Shown here: positions 17,582 to 29,019 of the stretch, piece by piece | Position numbering within the stretch: position 1 is the stretch's first letter | How the letters are laid out: each line of letters opens with the position of its first letter | Assembly: GCA_041640595.1 (NCBI GenBank) | Contig: JBEPZY010000009.1 | Span: 96,001-160,000, forward strand | DNA length: 64,000 nt | Reading direction: 5' to 3' | Source: Gemmatales bacterium | GTDB lineage: Bacteria > Planctomycetota > Planctomycetia > Gemmatales > HRBIN36 | Notes under the pieces: model-generated | The model's input: only the letters and a program-made list of their open reading frames with translations | Database searches by the model: none | Told to the model about the DNA's origin: nothing | Translations under genes and position numbers: made by a program

Positions 17582-18142
17582 TTAGCCCACCCAGAGTCCT
17601 TTTCTGGGTGCACGAACCTTCTGCGCTGGGTAAGCTCGACGTTGACCGGCACGGTAGGCCGGGAGAATTTCCAAGGTCTCTTCCGGAGCCAGACGGGCGA
17701 CCTCCCGCTGCACTTCGCAGGCCAAACGACCAATAGGCACCAGAAACAACATCTGTCCGCCCGCCAGGGTGTCAATGACCTTGCGATTCTGGCAGGCCTC
17801 CGTGGGATCACTCGTCAACAGAAACACCGAGTTGCCGTCCGTCAGCAAATTCAGGTTGGCCAACGGTTGCTCCAGCTGCGGATAAGTTTCCCGGAGAAAG
17901 CGAATGCATCGGCGAATCTTTTGCAGACTAATCCCTTCTCGGCGAAGCGTCACAGCCGTTTTGATTGCCAGGACATCGAGGAAGGAATAAATGCGACGGC
18001 TGCCACGTCCGTGAGCGCGAGCAATCGAGGGACGTACCAACTCCGTCCGATCCCAGTGGATGAGCTGTTTGACTGTTGCCCCGGTCAAACGGGCCACCGT
18101 GTCCACCATAAACCCGCCCATGGTTCCCTCAATGGCTTTCAA
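17582..18142 (-). CDS. MerR-family transcriptional regulator
   Basis: VARLTGATVKQLIHWDRTELVRPS...RRIYSFLDV...EGISLQKIR. Confidence 0.88.
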   Translation of the reverse strand: MKAIEGTMGGFMVDTVARLTGATVKQLIHWDRTELVRPSIARAHGRGSRRIYSFLDVLAIKTAVTLRREGISLQKIRRCIRFLRETYPQLEQPLANLNLLTDGNSVFLLTSDPTEACQNRKVIDTLAGGQMLFLVPIGRLACEVQREVARLAPEETLEILPAYRAGQRRAYPAQKVRAPRKGLWVG

Positions 18143-18352
18143 ATGACATCGGTGTCATTCTAAAGCCCCTCGGGCAATCGTCAAGCTCAATGTACAGAAT
18201 TCTCGATCGCTTGCCAGCCCCGTCGCCTGACTTTGCGGAAGGTGGAAGGTCGGGCGTTCCCGTGGTTTGCCTGGGCGGAAGCGAAACAGTAAGATGCACA
18301 AAAACGACCGCTGGAACAAAAAGCAAAAACGGCTGCAAGGATCGGAATAATC

Positions 18353-19468
18353 GTGGTTATGCTGAGGGAAGTGCTGCAAGCTGCCGTGCATGCTGTGACC
18401 GATGGTCAACCGGCAGTGCTATGCTCGGTGGTCGAGACGCGCGGCTCGACACCTCAAAAAGCCGGAGCCGCCATGCTGCTTTTTCCCGATGGCCGGCAAG
18501 TAGGAACATTGGGAGGCGGCTGTGTCGAAGCCGAGGTCAAGCAGCGGGCCTTTCGTTGCACCGACCCTCACCGACCACAACTCCTGACCTTTCACCTCGA
18601 CCATGATTACGGCTGGGATGACGGTTTGATCTGCGGTGGGCGAATGACCATAGCCGTGCAGCCTCTGGTGTCGCAGGCATGCTCTGCGTCCGTCGGCGAT
18701 TACTTTCAGCGCTGGCTCGAACATCTGGCGTCGGGGAAAGGCAGCGTCGAGGTGGTGGCTCTGTCAGCAGGGGAACACTGGTGCCCGGCAGCACGATGGT
18801 TGTTCGACGGGGAAAGGCGATTGGTTGCTTCGCTGCACGCGCAGACCGTACCGGAGGCGGTTCCGGCCCTGCTGGCTTCGATCCATGCACGACCGCGTCC
18901 CTTTAGCCGGGACGGATTCGCGATTCTACCGATCGCCCCACGAATCCGGTTGCTCATCGTAGGGGCAGGGCATGTGGGGCAGGCTGTTGCTCGTTACGCC
19001 GCGGAAGCCGACTTTGCCGTCTGGGTGCTGGATGACCGGGAAGCCTATGCCAACCGCCAGCGATTTCCCCAGGCCGAGCGCATTCTGGTCGGGTCGCATG
19101 GAGAGATGTTACAACGGCTGCTCCAGCATGAGATCACGCCGCAAACCTATTGCGTGATCGTTACGCGCGGCCACCATCACGACGAAGAAGCGCTGTATTA
19201 TCTGGCGAACAGCCCGGCCGCGTATGTGGGTATGATCGGTAGCCGCCGCAAAATTCGGCTGATTTTTGAGGATTTGCTGGCGCGAGGCGTTCCCAAAGAA
19301 GCGTTGCTTCGCGTCAAAGCACCGATTGGCATCCCCATTGGCTCGCAGACGGTGCCGGAGATCGCCATTAGCATCGTGGCGGAATTAATCGCATTTCGCA
19401 ATCTGGGCAGGGAAGCGGAAAGTTTGCGGAATTGCAAGCCGGTTCCGGTGATCGAGGATGGCCCATGA
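18353..19468 (+). CDS. xdhC: XdhC/CoxI-family molybdoenzyme maturation factor
   Basis: GSTPQKAGAAM, GTLGGGCVE, LICGGRM, VGAGHVG, VTRGHHHD, YVGMIGSRRK, PIGIPIGSQTVPEIAISI. Confidence 0.93.
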   Translation: MVMLREVLQAAVHAVTDGQPAVLCSVVETRGSTPQKAGAAMLLFPDGRQVGTLGGGCVEAEVKQRAFRCTDPHRPQLLTFHLDHDYGWDDGLICGGRMTIAVQPLVSQACSASVGDYFQRWLEHLASGKGSVEVVALSAGEHWCPAARWLFDGERRLVASLHAQTVPEAVPALLASIHARPRPFSRDGFAILPIAPRIRLLIVGAGHVGQAVARYAAEADFAVWVLDDREAYANRQRFPQAERILVGSHGEMLQRLLQHEITPQTYCVIVTRGHHHDEEALYYLANSPAAYVGMIGSRRKIRLIFEDLLARGVPKEALLRVKAPIGIPIGSQTVPEIAISIVAELIAFRNLGREAESLRNCKPVPVIEDGP

Positions 19469-20067
19469 TCGCTGCCATTGTCCCGGCAGCTGGCAAAAGC
19501 ACGCGATTCGGGCGAAATAAACTGGCACTGTCAATCGGCGGTCGCACGGTGCTGGAGCGTGTTACCGATGCGCTTCGGACTGGTGGTGCATCGCCGGTGC
19601 TTATGGTCCTTTCCCCTGAAAACGCCCCGCTGGCGGATCTCGTGTCGCGTGCGGAAGGCCTGCCGCTGGTGCTGGACGAACCTACTCCGGATATGCGTGC
19701 AACGATTGAAGCGGGTCTGGCCTGGTTAGCCGACCAGTTCCCAGGAGCACTGCGCGGCTGGCTGGTATGCCCTGCCGACCATCCAGCCGTTCATCCGAGC
19801 GTTGTTCGGGCGCTGATCTCAGCCTTTCATGCGGGTCCAGCCGATGCCGTGTACGTGCCGACTTATAACGGTCAACGCGGCCATCCGGTATTGTTGGGCT
19901 GGCAGCATGCCGAACGATTCCGTCGGTTTCAGGAATCGGCCGGCCTCAACGTGTATGTGCGCCAGCAGATTGTCGTGGAAGTACCAGTAAACTGGCCCGG
20001 CATTCTCTGGGACCTGGATACGGTCGAAGACCTGGCCCGGTTCCAGACTTTCCCCGGTTCGATGTGA
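19465..20067 (+). CDS. mocA: MocA/MobA-like nucleotidyltransferase
   Basis: IVPAAGKSTRFGRNKL, PADHP, GQRGHPVLL, DLDTVEDL; ATGA overlap with xdhC. Confidence 0.85.
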   Translation: MIAAIVPAAGKSTRFGRNKLALSIGGRTVLERVTDALRTGGASPVLMVLSPENAPLADLVSRAEGLPLVLDEPTPDMRATIEAGLAWLADQFPGALRGWLVCPADHPAVHPSVVRALISAFHAGPADAVYVPTYNGQRGHPVLLGWQHAERFRRFQESAGLNVYVRQQIVVEVPVNWPGILWDLDTVEDLARFQTFPGSM

Positions 20068-20413
20068 GAAATGGCCAGACCGTAGAACTGTGGAGTGACC
20101 GGGCCGTTTGGTTGGCGCCGACCATGACCGGCAGGGCGCAGGCGGAGCGACACCGTTTCGAGCGCTGCAAAGCAAAACAGCATTGCCGCAAAACGCTACA
20201 GAGGCCCAGGCGATTACCGGGATAAGTTCCTGCCGAGCCGGTCTCTTGGATTTTTCACAGTCGCAAGTTGTTACCGCAGCGGGCAATACGGCGCATGTTC
20301 GGTGGTGATGGTTCTGGCACCGTCCTTGCTGCTGACTTAGGAATGGTGGGGCTTGCAGGCGAGTCGTAAGTCCCACGGAGAGGCCCAACTCTCCCGACCC
20401 TCCCCACACCTTC

Positions 20414-20472
20414 TGGGCGCGAGGCGAAACCGCAAGCGAGTCCCGGTGCACAGCCTCGCGCCCAATCTTTTT
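20414..20472 (+). terminator. Strong hairpin followed by a T-run (terminator-like)
   Basis: TGGGCGCGAGGC (20414-25) pairs with GCCTCGCGCCCA (20453-64), then ATCTTTTT; loop is unusually long. Confidence 0.4.
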
Positions 20473-20808
20473 GCCCGACCGCTCTGCCAGATCGGTCGCA
20501 CCAGTTAGGCGAATTCACGGTTATGGGCTATCGAAGAAAGGTGCGCACCCTCGAATGAGCCTGGCTCGGTGAAAAGGAATGGTAATTCGAGGAACGATCG
20601 TCCTGGCTACCCGCGGAGAAGTGGTGTTCCTCGCTCGTGAGTCTGATGGAGCGTTTGCCCGGTTGCGAATCGCTTTCGGGTTTCGGGACGGAAAAGCCCG
20701 TTTATTGGCTGCCCCGGTGCATCAACTTTTCGGGCGGCATGGCCGTAATTTCAGGCGTTGCCAGTTCGCCAGAGGTGTGCTCTGCGGGGAATAAGTCTGC
20801 CCTGGTCG

Positions 20809-23800
20809 TCACCGTCGCGACTGCCGAACCGTGGCCAGGCGTTGATAGGCGGGAAAGCGATCCTGGATCGCACACACCTGGATTTGCCGCTGTCGCAAAG
20901 CTCGACAAGCCTGAACAGCAGCTTCGGCTGCCGGCAAGGTCGTGATGCAGGTGACCCCTAATTGCACGGCTGTCGAACGGATTTTTCCTTCGTCGGTGTG
21001 ATAACCGCGACCGCTGGGGGTGTTGATGATCAAAGCGACTTCGCCATTGCGCATGAGGTCGAGGAGATTCGGCCGACCTTCCTGAATCTTGGGAATGATA
21101 TCCACCGGTATTCCGGCAGCTTTCAGATGTTGACCGGTGCCCCGTGTCGAGATAATGCGATAGCCGAGAGCGGCAAACTCCCGGGCAATCGGTACAATCC
21201 GCTGCTTGTCGCGATCGTTGACGGAAACGAAAATGGTTCCGGCAAGGGGCAAGGGTGTACCGGCAGCCAGCATACTTTTGGCAAACGCCATGGGGAAATC
21301 ATCGTCTATACCCATGACTTCGCCGGTGGACCGCATTTCCGGCCCCAGGACAATGTCCACTCCTGGGAACTTATTGAACGGCAACACGCTTTCCTTGCAA
21401 GAAAAATGTCGGGGCGTGGGCGGTTCTTCGACTCCAAGTTCGTCCAGTGTGTAGCCGACCATCACCAGTGCGGCATAACGAGCCAGCGGGAGTCCCACTG
21501 CTTTGGACACAAACGGCACAGTGCGACTGGCCCGCGGATTGACCTCCAGAACGTAAATTTGCGGTTCGCCTCGCCCATCCAATCCCGTAATTGCAAACTG
21601 GACGTTCATCAGGCCGCAAACCTTCAGTTCCCGCGCCAGCGCACGGGTCTGCTCGCGGATAGCTTCGACGACTGGCTCCGGCAAACTGTAAGGCGGAATC
21701 ACGCAGGCCGAATCGCCAGAATGCACGCCGGCCTGCTCAATGTGCTGCATCACACCGCCAATGATCGTTCGCCGCCCATCGCACAGCGCATCTACATCCA
21801 CCTCGACGGCATCTTCCAGGAACTTGTCAATCAGCACGGGTTTGCCAGGCGACACCTCCAGGGCACGGGTTACGTAGCGAACCAGCGCTGGCTCGTCATA
21901 GACGATTTCCATGGCCCGACCACCGAGTACGTAACTGGGCCGCAATAGCAGCGGATAACCAAGCCGCCGGGCCACCCGCAAGGCCTGCGGTAAGTCGTAG
22001 GCCACGCCGCTTTCCGGTTGTCGCAATCCCAACCGTTCCACCAGAGCACTGAAGCGTTCGCGATCCTCGGCCAGATCAATGGAGTCCACGCTGGTGCCAA
22101 TAATCGGCAACCCGGCGGCTTCCAGCGCTTTGGCCAGATTCAACGGCGTTTGTCCGCCGAATTGTACAATCACGCCATCAGGACGCACCTTTTGGCAAAC
22201 GGCAAGGACATCCTCGACCGTGAGCGGCTCGAAGAACAGCAGATCGCTGGTGTCATAATCGGTGGAAACGGTCTCCGGGTTGGAGTTGATCATCACCGTC
22301 TCAAAACCGGCCTCGCGCAAGGCAAAGCAGGCCTGCACGCAACAATAGTCGAATTCGATGCCCTGGCCAATACGGTTCGGCCCGCCGCCGAGGATGACTA
22401 TGCGTTTGCTGTGACCCTTGGGACGCACCTCATCTTCGCAGACGAGTTCTACACGAGCCTGACCATTCGTCGAAGGCTCCACCAGAGCTGCGGCCGGTCG
22501 TTCATAGGTGGAGTAATAGTAAGGCGTGTAGGCTTCAAACTCCCCCGCGCAGGTATCCACGCATTTATAGACCGGTTCTATTCCCAGGCTGATGCGGTGG
22601 CGGCGAATTTCGGATTCGCTTACACCCCAGATGTGGGCCAGCTGATGGTCGCTGAAACCATATTGTTTCGCCTGGCGCAGAAGTTCGGCATGAACTTCAC
22701 GGTAGTCGCTGTAGCTTCGCAATCGCTTTTCCAGTTCGACAATTTCCTCGATTTGCCGTAAGAACCAGGGGTCTATATGGGTTCGCTCCGCGATATCCTC
22801 CACCGCCATGCCAGCCAGCAGGGCGTAGCGGATGTAGCGGATTCGTTCGGCGTTGGGAGTGATGAGTTTGCGGCTGATTTCTTCGAGGGAGGGCTGTTGC
22901 GGGGTTCCCCATAAATCGTGGCGGTCGCAACCGAGGCCAAACCAGCCAGTTTCCAGACCGCGAAGAGCCTTTTGCAGGGATTCCTTGAAATTTCGGCCAA
23001 TGGCCATGGTTTCGCCGACCGACTTCATCTGGGTAGTCAAAGTGGGGTCGGCTTCCGGGAATTTTTCAAAAGCCCAGCGCGGAATTTTGGTCACCACGTA
23101 GTCAATGGTCGGCTCAAAGCAGGCCGGCGTCTCTCGGGTAATATCGTTACGGAGTTCATCCAGGCGATAACCCACCGCCAGTTTCGCGGCAATTTTGGCA
23201 ATCGGGAACCCCGTCGCTTTGGAGGCCAGTGCACTGGAACGACTCACCCGCGGATTCATCTCGATAACCACCATGCGGCCGGTCTTTGGGTCCACGGCAA
23301 ACTGGATATTGGAACCTCCCGTCTCCACACCGATTTCCCGAATGACGCGGATGGCAGCGTCGCGCATCCGCTGGTATTCCTTATCGGTGAGGGTTTGGGC
23401 AGGGGCAACGGTGATGCTATCGCCCGTGTGCACGCCCATGGGATCGACATTCTCAATGGAACAGATAATAACAACGTTGTCGGCGTTGTCCCGCATCACC
23501 TCCAGCTCAAACTCCTTCCAACCCAGTACCGATTCTTCAATCAGGACACTATGAACCGGACTCATTTCCAGGCCGCGGGTTGCCAACTCCGTGAATTCCT
23601 GGCGGTTGTAAGCGATGCCGCCTCCGGTGCCGCCCAGGGTGAAACTGGGCCGTAACACACACGGCAAGCCCACGTAATCGCGCAGTGCCAGCGCTTCTTC
23701 CAAGCTGCGTGCCAGACCGCTTTTGGGAACCTCCAGGCCGATTCGCAGCATCGCCTCTTTGAAAAGCAGCCGATCCTCGGCTTTGCGGATGGCCTCCGGC

Positions 23801-24156
23801 TTGGCACCGATCATCTCAACGCCGAACCGTTCCAGGATGCCGCGTTCATGAAGGGCGATAGCGGTGTTCAGCCCTGTCTGACCGCCGAGCGTTGGCAACA
23901 ACGCATCTGGCCGTTCCCGTTCGATGATGCGAGCCACTACTTCCCAGGTAATCGGCTCGATATACGTGCGATCAGCCATTTCCGGATCGGTCATGATGGT
24001 GGCGGGATTGGAATTGACCAGCACCACCTCATAACCTTCCTCCCGCAGGGCTTTGCACGCCTGGGTACCGCTGTAATCAAACTCACACGCCTGGCCGATA
24101 ATGATCGGCCCCGAGCCGATGATCAGAATTTTGTGGATATCCGTTCGTTTGGGCAT
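20809..24156 (-). CDS. carB: Carbamoyl-phosphate synthase large subunit
   Basis: [30 protein letters not shown], duplicated ATP-grasp halves, GVHTGDS/GVHSGDS, C-terminal MGS domain. Confidence 0.99.
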   Translation of the reverse strand: MPKRTDIHKILIIGSGPIIIGQACEFDYSGTQACKALREEGYEVVLVNSNPATIMTDPEMADRTYIEPITWEVVARIIERERPDALLPTLGGQTGLNTAIALHERGILERFGVEMIGAKPEAIRKAEDRLLFKEAMLRIGLEVPKSGLARSLEEALALRDYVGLPCVLRPSFTLGGTGGGIAYNRQEFTELATRGLEMSPVHSVLIEESVLGWKEFELEVMRDNADNVVIICSIENVDPMGVHTGDSITVAPAQTLTDKEYQRMRDAAIRVIREIGVETGGSNIQFAVDPKTGRMVVIEMNPRVSRSSALASKATGFPIAKIAAKLAVGYRLDELRNDITRETPACFEPTIDYVVTKIPRWAFEKFPEADPTLTTQMKSVGETMAIGRNFKESLQKALRGLETGWFGLGCDRHDLWGTPQQPSLEEISRKLITPNAERIRYIRYALLAGMAVEDIAERTHIDPWFLRQIEEIVELEKRLRSYSDYREVHAELLRQAKQYGFSDHQLAHIWGVSESEIRRHRISLGIEPVYKCVDTCAGEFEAYTPYYYSTYERPAAALVEPSTNGQARVELVCEDEVRPKGHSKRIVILGGGPNRIGQGIEFDYCCVQACFALREAGFETVMINSNPETVSTDYDTSDLLFFEPLTVEDVLAVCQKVRPDGVIVQFGGQTPLNLAKALEAAGLPIIGTSVDSIDLAEDRERFSALVERLGLRQPESGVAYDLPQALRVARRLGYPLLLRPSYVLGGRAMEIVYDEPALVRYVTRALEVSPGKPVLIDKFLEDAVEVDVDALCDGRRTIIGGVMQHIEQAGVHSGDSACVIPPYSLPEPVVEAIREQTRALARELKVCGLMNVQFAITGLDGRGEPQIYVLEVNPRASRTVPFVSKAVGLPLARYAALVMVGYTLDELGVEEPPTPRHFSCKESVLPFNKFPGVDIVLGPEMRSTGEVMGIDDDFPMAFAKSMLAAGTPLPLAGTIFVSVNDRDKQRIVPIAREFAALGYRIISTRGTGQHLKAAGIPVDIIPKIQEGRPNLLDLMRNGEVALIINTPSGRGYHTDEGKIRSTAVQLGVTCITTLPAAEAAVQACRALRQRQIQVCAIQDRFPAYQRLATVRQSRR

Positions 24157-24425
24157 GGTGGCGTAATGGATTTCCTGGTAATCAGCCTGGAAAGAGACGG
24201 TTTCACCTGGGCTGGGGTAAGATGCTACCAGCTAACGCCCTTCCGGCGCGCTCCCGTCCATGTTAGGGAATCTTTCTTGTGGTGAAAAGAGCGCAGCCTA
24301 AGCCGCACTTCGGTCTGGCCGGCTTACGGAAACAAAACACACCCTATCCGGTGGCCTGGCAAATTATTCCGACCGCTTTTCGCCCGACAATGCCCAGAAC
24401 CGGAACTTTCGGGCAGAGCTTAGAG

Positions 24426-25175
24426 CTAATTGCGGCTCCTGAGCAATGCCAGGAGGATGTAGTAGAAGAGCGTTACGACAGAAGCAAACAGTCCCAGGGC
24501 GGCAGCGACATGCTGGTCGGTGCGATAGTGATACATCACGTTGGAAGTCTGGTAAATAATCGCTCCGCTCACCAGGCCCACCATCGCCAGTGCAAACCAC
24601 AATCCCAGATTGAATCCGAACAAAATGGCGGCGACAATCAGGCCCAGGGCCAGCCAGGAAAGCACCCAGAGAATCGGCCCGAGGTAACTGAAATCTTTGC
24701 GGGTCGTGAACACGCAAGCCGTCAATCCACCGAACACCGCCAGCGTCAAAATGGCGGCCTGACCGATGAGTGTTGGTTCGCCCAGCACGTGCTTTACCAC
24801 AAACAGCAGCGGCAGGCAAATAATCGCCTCTGCAACCGTGTACACGGCCAGGCCAGCATACTGCAAAGCTGGCGAAGCGTCGGACATCGCCCACTTTTCC
24901 GCCAACCAGGCCACCAGCATGAATAGCCCCAGCACGACCAGCCAGCTGTAGTTTCCCAGCGCGACCATGCTCTTCAAGATTTGCACCGATAACGGCCACA
25001 AGGGCACCAGGAGCAGGTACTCGATGGCTACGAAAGCTAAAAGTGCACCGGCCACATGCGCATACACTCGGCGAATAAAAGCCGCCCGTTCCGCCGGAAT
25101 CGCAAACGCTGCTGGCAGCGAACGCACATCCTGACCTTCGTAGAATTCGTACTCGGCCGCATGGTATTGGGACAT
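24426..25175 (-). CDS. Bax inhibitor-1/YccA-family membrane protein
   Basis: RAAFIRRVYAHV, TRKDFSYLG, about 7 TM segments, AALGLFASVVTLFYYIL; AAGGAG RBS. Confidence 0.9.
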   Translation of the reverse strand: MSQYHAAEYEFYEGQDVRSLPAAFAIPAERAAFIRRVYAHVAGALLAFVAIEYLLLVPLWPLSVQILKSMVALGNYSWLVVLGLFMLVAWLAEKWAMSDASPALQYAGLAVYTVAEAIICLPLLFVVKHVLGEPTLIGQAAILTLAVFGGLTACVFTTRKDFSYLGPILWVLSWLALGLIVAAILFGFNLGLWFALAMVGLVSGAIIYQTSNVMYHYRTDQHVAAALGLFASVVTLFYYILLALLRSRN

Positions 25176-25550
25176 GGCTAGCTCCTTGTAAGCAGGTGCC
25201 ACACTTTGCTTACCCCCGCTGACCAATTTTAGCACCGCAGCCAGCAACATTCAATAGAGCCACCAGCGAGTGTCGGCCTTCGCTTATTAGCGTTATGACG
25301 ACTGCAACCAGGTCACGGCCGAAGAAACACAGAAGGTCGTCGTGACTCGCACGTCAGCCATCCGCGCAAAGACGAGCGAAACCGGTCACACACGCACAGC
25401 TGACGGAAGGTCACCGGGATTTGCACGTCAGCTATCCGCTCTGCGGTCGGATGTCGTGGCAGAAGAGACACGGAAGGGCGCCCATTGCGCTTTCTACAAT
25501 GCCATCGGTCAGGAACGGCAAGCAGCTCGTTCACGAATGGAACTTTTGCC

Positions 25551-26123
25551 ATGCCCGCAAGCAGCGCCTATCCAGAAACGATTGCCTCTTTGCTGCAACC
25601 TCGCCTGATGGCTCTGGGGCCGGGTGAGCCGGTACTGGAACAGCGTCCGCGTTTGGAACGGCTAAGCCCCGAGCATCTCCTCAAGCCGGGACAATCACTT
25701 GCCGACCAATCCGCCGCCGCATGTTGCCTGGCAGGGCTCTGGCTGCTCTACGACTTTCTCGACGAATGCCATGGCATTTGCCAGCGGATTTCGACTGCGG
25801 AGGGCAGTTACTGGCACGCCATCATGCACCGCCGCGAACCAGACGAGGGTAACAGCAAGTACTGGTGGCGGCGTGTCGGTAACCACGCCATTTTTCCGCA
25901 GCTTGCCCGCGAGGCGTCGGCGTTAGCGTCGAAGTTTGGCCAGCTGCCTTCGTATGCGACATGGCTAGCTGACGGGCAACGCTGGGATCCTTTTTCGTTT
26001 GTGGATTTATGTGCCACCGTTCGCGACACCGGCTCGCCCCTGGAAGTGCTCTGCCAGCAAATACAACTTGCGGAGTGGCGTCTCTTGTTTGATTACTGCT
26101 ATGCTCGGGCGGTGGTCGGTTGA
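25551..26123 (+). CDS. Conserved hypothetical protein
   Basis: AGLWLLYDFLDECHGICQ...GSYWHAIMHRREPDEGNSKYWWRRVG looks like a conserved motif block. Confidence 0.75.
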   Translation: MPASSAYPETIASLLQPRLMALGPGEPVLEQRPRLERLSPEHLLKPGQSLADQSAAACCLAGLWLLYDFLDECHGICQRISTAEGSYWHAIMHRREPDEGNSKYWWRRVGNHAIFPQLAREASALASKFGQLPSYATWLADGQRWDPFSFVDLCATVRDTGSPLEVLCQQIQLAEWRLLFDYCYARAVVG

Positions 26124-27124
26124 GACACTTCGGATGAATCAGGAAGCAGCCGGACGAGCAGCGTCTCCAGCACCAATCGCGGTGGCAGATTGGTGCTTTT
26201 GAGTTGGGAGTCGGCTTGCAGAAGCCAGTCATACAGCCGCAACGCTCGCCGACCAAGACGCCGCAAAAGCACCAGCACACGTTCACGCTGCCACGGTTGT
26301 AAACCCACACGCGGCAACGCCTGCTGCTCGGTCCAACCCTGCCGCAACAGCCGCGCTATCTGAGCTACTTTTCGCAATTGCCAGCTCAGCGCTGCCAGTA
26401 TGGCCAGCGGTTCCTGGCCCTGATCGAGAAGCTGGTTCAAGATGGTCAGGGCTCGATGGCCCTCTCCCGCACCTGCTGCCTCCAGAATCTCCCACACCGT
26501 TTGAACCCGATTTCGGGCCACCAGACCATCCACGTCCTGCACCGTGATGGTGTCGCGCGAACCAACGTAAACGGCCAATTTCGCAAGTTCCTGCTCCAGC
26601 AAACCCAAATCGCCACCGGTCAATTCCACAAGTAATTCCGCCGCGTCGCTGCTGATCTTTTTGCCGTGCACGTTCTCCGCTCGCGCTACGAACCAGGGTA
26701 CCAGCTGCCTGGGTTTGGGCGGGTCGCAAACGATTACCGCGTCGCCCGGCAAAGCCCTGGCCAGTCGGGTATTGCTCGCCCACTTGTCAACCAGCAAAAC
26801 CAGCACTGCCGTCGCACTGCCCCCTGCCAGTTTCTCCAGCGATTCCCGAAACCGTGATACAAACCCGTCGGCATCATCTACCACGATCACTCGCCGCGGA
26901 CCCCAGAGTGCAGGCGTTTGCAACTCGCTGAATACTTCCGCCAGATTCTCGCTTTCCCCAGTGTAAAACGACCGCGACCAGTCCGAAGCATCTTCGCCAG
27001 CCAAACGGCCTAACAGTCGCTCCAGCACCAGCCGTTTCAGATACCGATCGCCGCCTGCCAGCACATAGATTGGTCGAACGCTACGCAGGGGTTTGTTTTC
27101 CGCCAGGAATTGCAGTGCATCCAT
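26099..27124 (-). CDS. holA: DNA polymerase III subunit delta
   Basis: PIYVLAGGDRYL, ELQTPALWGPRRVIVVDDAD, AAELLVELTGGDLGLLEQELAKL. Confidence 0.92.
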   Translation of the reverse strand: MDALQFLAENKPLRSVRPIYVLAGGDRYLKRLVLERLLGRLAGEDASDWSRSFYTGESENLAEVFSELQTPALWGPRRVIVVDDADGFVSRFRESLEKLAGGSATAVLVLLVDKWASNTRLARALPGDAVIVCDPPKPRQLVPWFVARAENVHGKKISSDAAELLVELTGGDLGLLEQELAKLAVYVGSRDTITVQDVDGLVARNRVQTVWEILEAAGAGEGHRALTILNQLLDQGQEPLAILAALSWQLRKVAQIARLLRQGWTEQQALPRVGLQPWQRERVLVLLRRLGRRALRLYDWLLQADSQLKSTNLPPRLVLETLLVRLLPDSSEVSQPTTARA

Positions 27125-27179
27125 TGTGCTTCGCCGCCACGATCAACGTTCATTTCGCCTCAGGCTTCATTGCCTTGTT

Positions 27180-27608
27180 TCATTGTATCGGGCGTGGCTG
27201 CGGTAGCTGCAAAGGCGGTGGCGAGGATAGTCGCGTGGCCTCGGGAACTGGCAACGGTGCCTCCCCTTCAGGCGGTAACGCTCCGGGGCCAAACCAGTAG
27301 CCCGGCATGTGCACATAGTAGTTGTAGTACGCATAAGGGTACCAGTAGTAATCGGTGGCAAACCGGATGTTCGGATAATACCGCCATGCCGATGGATAAT
27401 ACAGCTCCACCTGGGAAAAGTTCGGCTGTACCGGTGGGACATAGGGAATGAAAACTGCCCCGGCGGGATAATAGTGGCTGATGGATGGCACCGTGCTCAC
27501 CCGTACGAATACCCGTCCGCTCGGACTGAGTATTTCCTGGGCCGTGGCTTGCCCGGATGCCCACAAAGCTACCACGAAACACGCTGCCACGCACCACTGA
27601 TTTTTCAT
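27180..27608 (-). CDS. Hypothetical secreted Tyr/Pro-rich protein
   Basis: Signal peptide ending ATA-QE; aromatic-rich low-complexity body. Confidence 0.65.
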   Translation of the reverse strand: MKNQWCVAACFVVALWASGQATAQEILSPSGRVFVRVSTVPSISHYYPAGAVFIPYVPPVQPNFSQVELYYPSAWRYYPNIRFATDYYWYPYAYYNYYVHMPGYWFGPGALPPEGEAPLPVPEATRLSSPPPLQLPQPRPIQ

Positions 27609-27786
27609 TCCTTTTCTCCCTGTCGCACGGTTACCGTCGGCCCGTCAAGTCATGGCCGGGGTCCGGGAAACTTCGCCCGATTTTTCTCGTGGGGCACTTT
27701 CTACCAGCCAGTCCAAGCATAGCTTACGGGGAAACTCTCGGCCAGTGTCTGCGGCTGAGCGTTCGCAAAGCCGCCCGCACTATACA

Positions 27787-28986
27787 ATGGCAGGTATGCG
27801 GGTGCTGCATTTTGATTGCTTCAGCGGTATCAGCGGCGATATGACCCTGGGAGCCCTGGTGAGCCTGGGTGTCCCGCCGGAGGTTATCCACGATGCTCTT
27901 GCCCAGTTGCAGCTGCCTGTGCGAGTCGAGTTCGAAGCTGTGAAGCGTTGCGGTTTTGCCGCCATCCACGCCCGCGTAATTGCAGAAGAGGATGTTGCTC
28001 ATCACAGGCATCTCCGCGATATCGAGGTCATTTTGAACCAGAGCCGATTGCCTGAAGAAGTTCGCCAACTCGCCGGGCGTATCTTTCGCCGTCTGGCCAG
28101 CGCCGAAGCAACAGTGCACGGGCAACCCGTGGAAACAGTGCATTTCCACGAAGTTGGGGCTCTGGACAGCATTGCGGATATTGTGGGAGTTGCTGCCGGC
28201 TTGTGCTGGCTGCGAGCCGAACGCTATTCGGCAAGCCCGGTGCCTACCGGTTACGGTCAAATACGCGGTGCCCACGGTTGGATGCCGATACCCGCTCCCG
28301 GAACCCTGGAACTGCTCAAAGGCGTGCCGCTGGCTCCTTCCCAAATTGAAGCGGAATTGACCACGCCCACCGGTGCCGCCATTCTGACCACCCTGGTTCA
28401 GGAATGGACTCCGACGCCTGCCCTGACCGTGCAGCAGGTGGGTTACGGTGCCGGCAGCCGCGATTTTCCCGATCGGCCTAATATTCTCCGCCTCATCCTG
28501 GGCACAACTTCCGGCCTGTCTGGTGTGGTGGAAGAAACCGTCGCCGTGCTCGAAACGCAACTCGATGACGTCAGCCCCCAGGTGCTGGCTTATTGTCAGG
28601 AACAGCTCTTTGCCGCGGGCGCCCTGGATGTTGTGCTACAACCGGTTTACATGAAGAAGAACCGACCCGGCACCTTGATTACCGTGCTGGCCCGACCGGA
28701 ATCAGTAGCGTCGTTGGAAGCGATACTATTTCGCGAAACGCCCACCCTGGGAATTCGCCACTATATTTGCACCCGTCATAAACTTCCTCGCCAGCAAGCC
28801 GAGGTGCAAACTCCCTGGGGCAACGTCCGCGGAAAAATAATTCACCTTCCCGCTGGCCAGGTGCGTTTCGCTCCGGAGTACGAAGACTGCGCACGTATCG
28901 CCCGCCAGACCGGTTTGCCAATTCACATCGTTCGCGAAACGGCCCTAAAATGTTTTCAACCGCCCGCTACTCAACAACAGACCTAA
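27787..28986 (+). CDS. larC: Nickel pincer cofactor biosynthesis protein LarC
   Basis: HFDCFSGISGDMTLGAL, VHFHEVGALDSIADIVG, ELTTPTGAAIL, MKKNRPG, APEYEDC. Confidence 0.95.
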   Translation: MAGMRVLHFDCFSGISGDMTLGALVSLGVPPEVIHDALAQLQLPVRVEFEAVKRCGFAAIHARVIAEEDVAHHRHLRDIEVILNQSRLPEEVRQLAGRIFRRLASAEATVHGQPVETVHFHEVGALDSIADIVGVAAGLCWLRAERYSASPVPTGYGQIRGAHGWMPIPAPGTLELLKGVPLAPSQIEAELTTPTGAAILTTLVQEWTPTPALTVQQVGYGAGSRDFPDRPNILRLILGTTSGLSGVVEETVAVLETQLDDVSPQVLAYCQEQLFAAGALDVVLQPVYMKKNRPGTLITVLARPESVASLEAILFRETPTLGIRHYICTRHKLPRQQAEVQTPWGNVRGKIIHLPAGQVRFAPEYEDCARIARQTGLPIHIVRETALKCFQPPATQQQT

Positions 28987-29019
28987 GTCAGGGATTCCTG
29001 TCACAGGGAGCGCGGAACT

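Noticed and set aside
20346..20472. Moco riboswitch, SRP RNA or 6S RNA
   Set aside because: Lies downstream rather than upstream of the Moco-related genes, and I see no SRP or 6S signature; kept only as an unclassified structure.
20579..20794. 71-aa ORF converging on carB
   Set aside because: RBS-like AAGGA sits immediately against the ATG and the sequence has no recognisable features.
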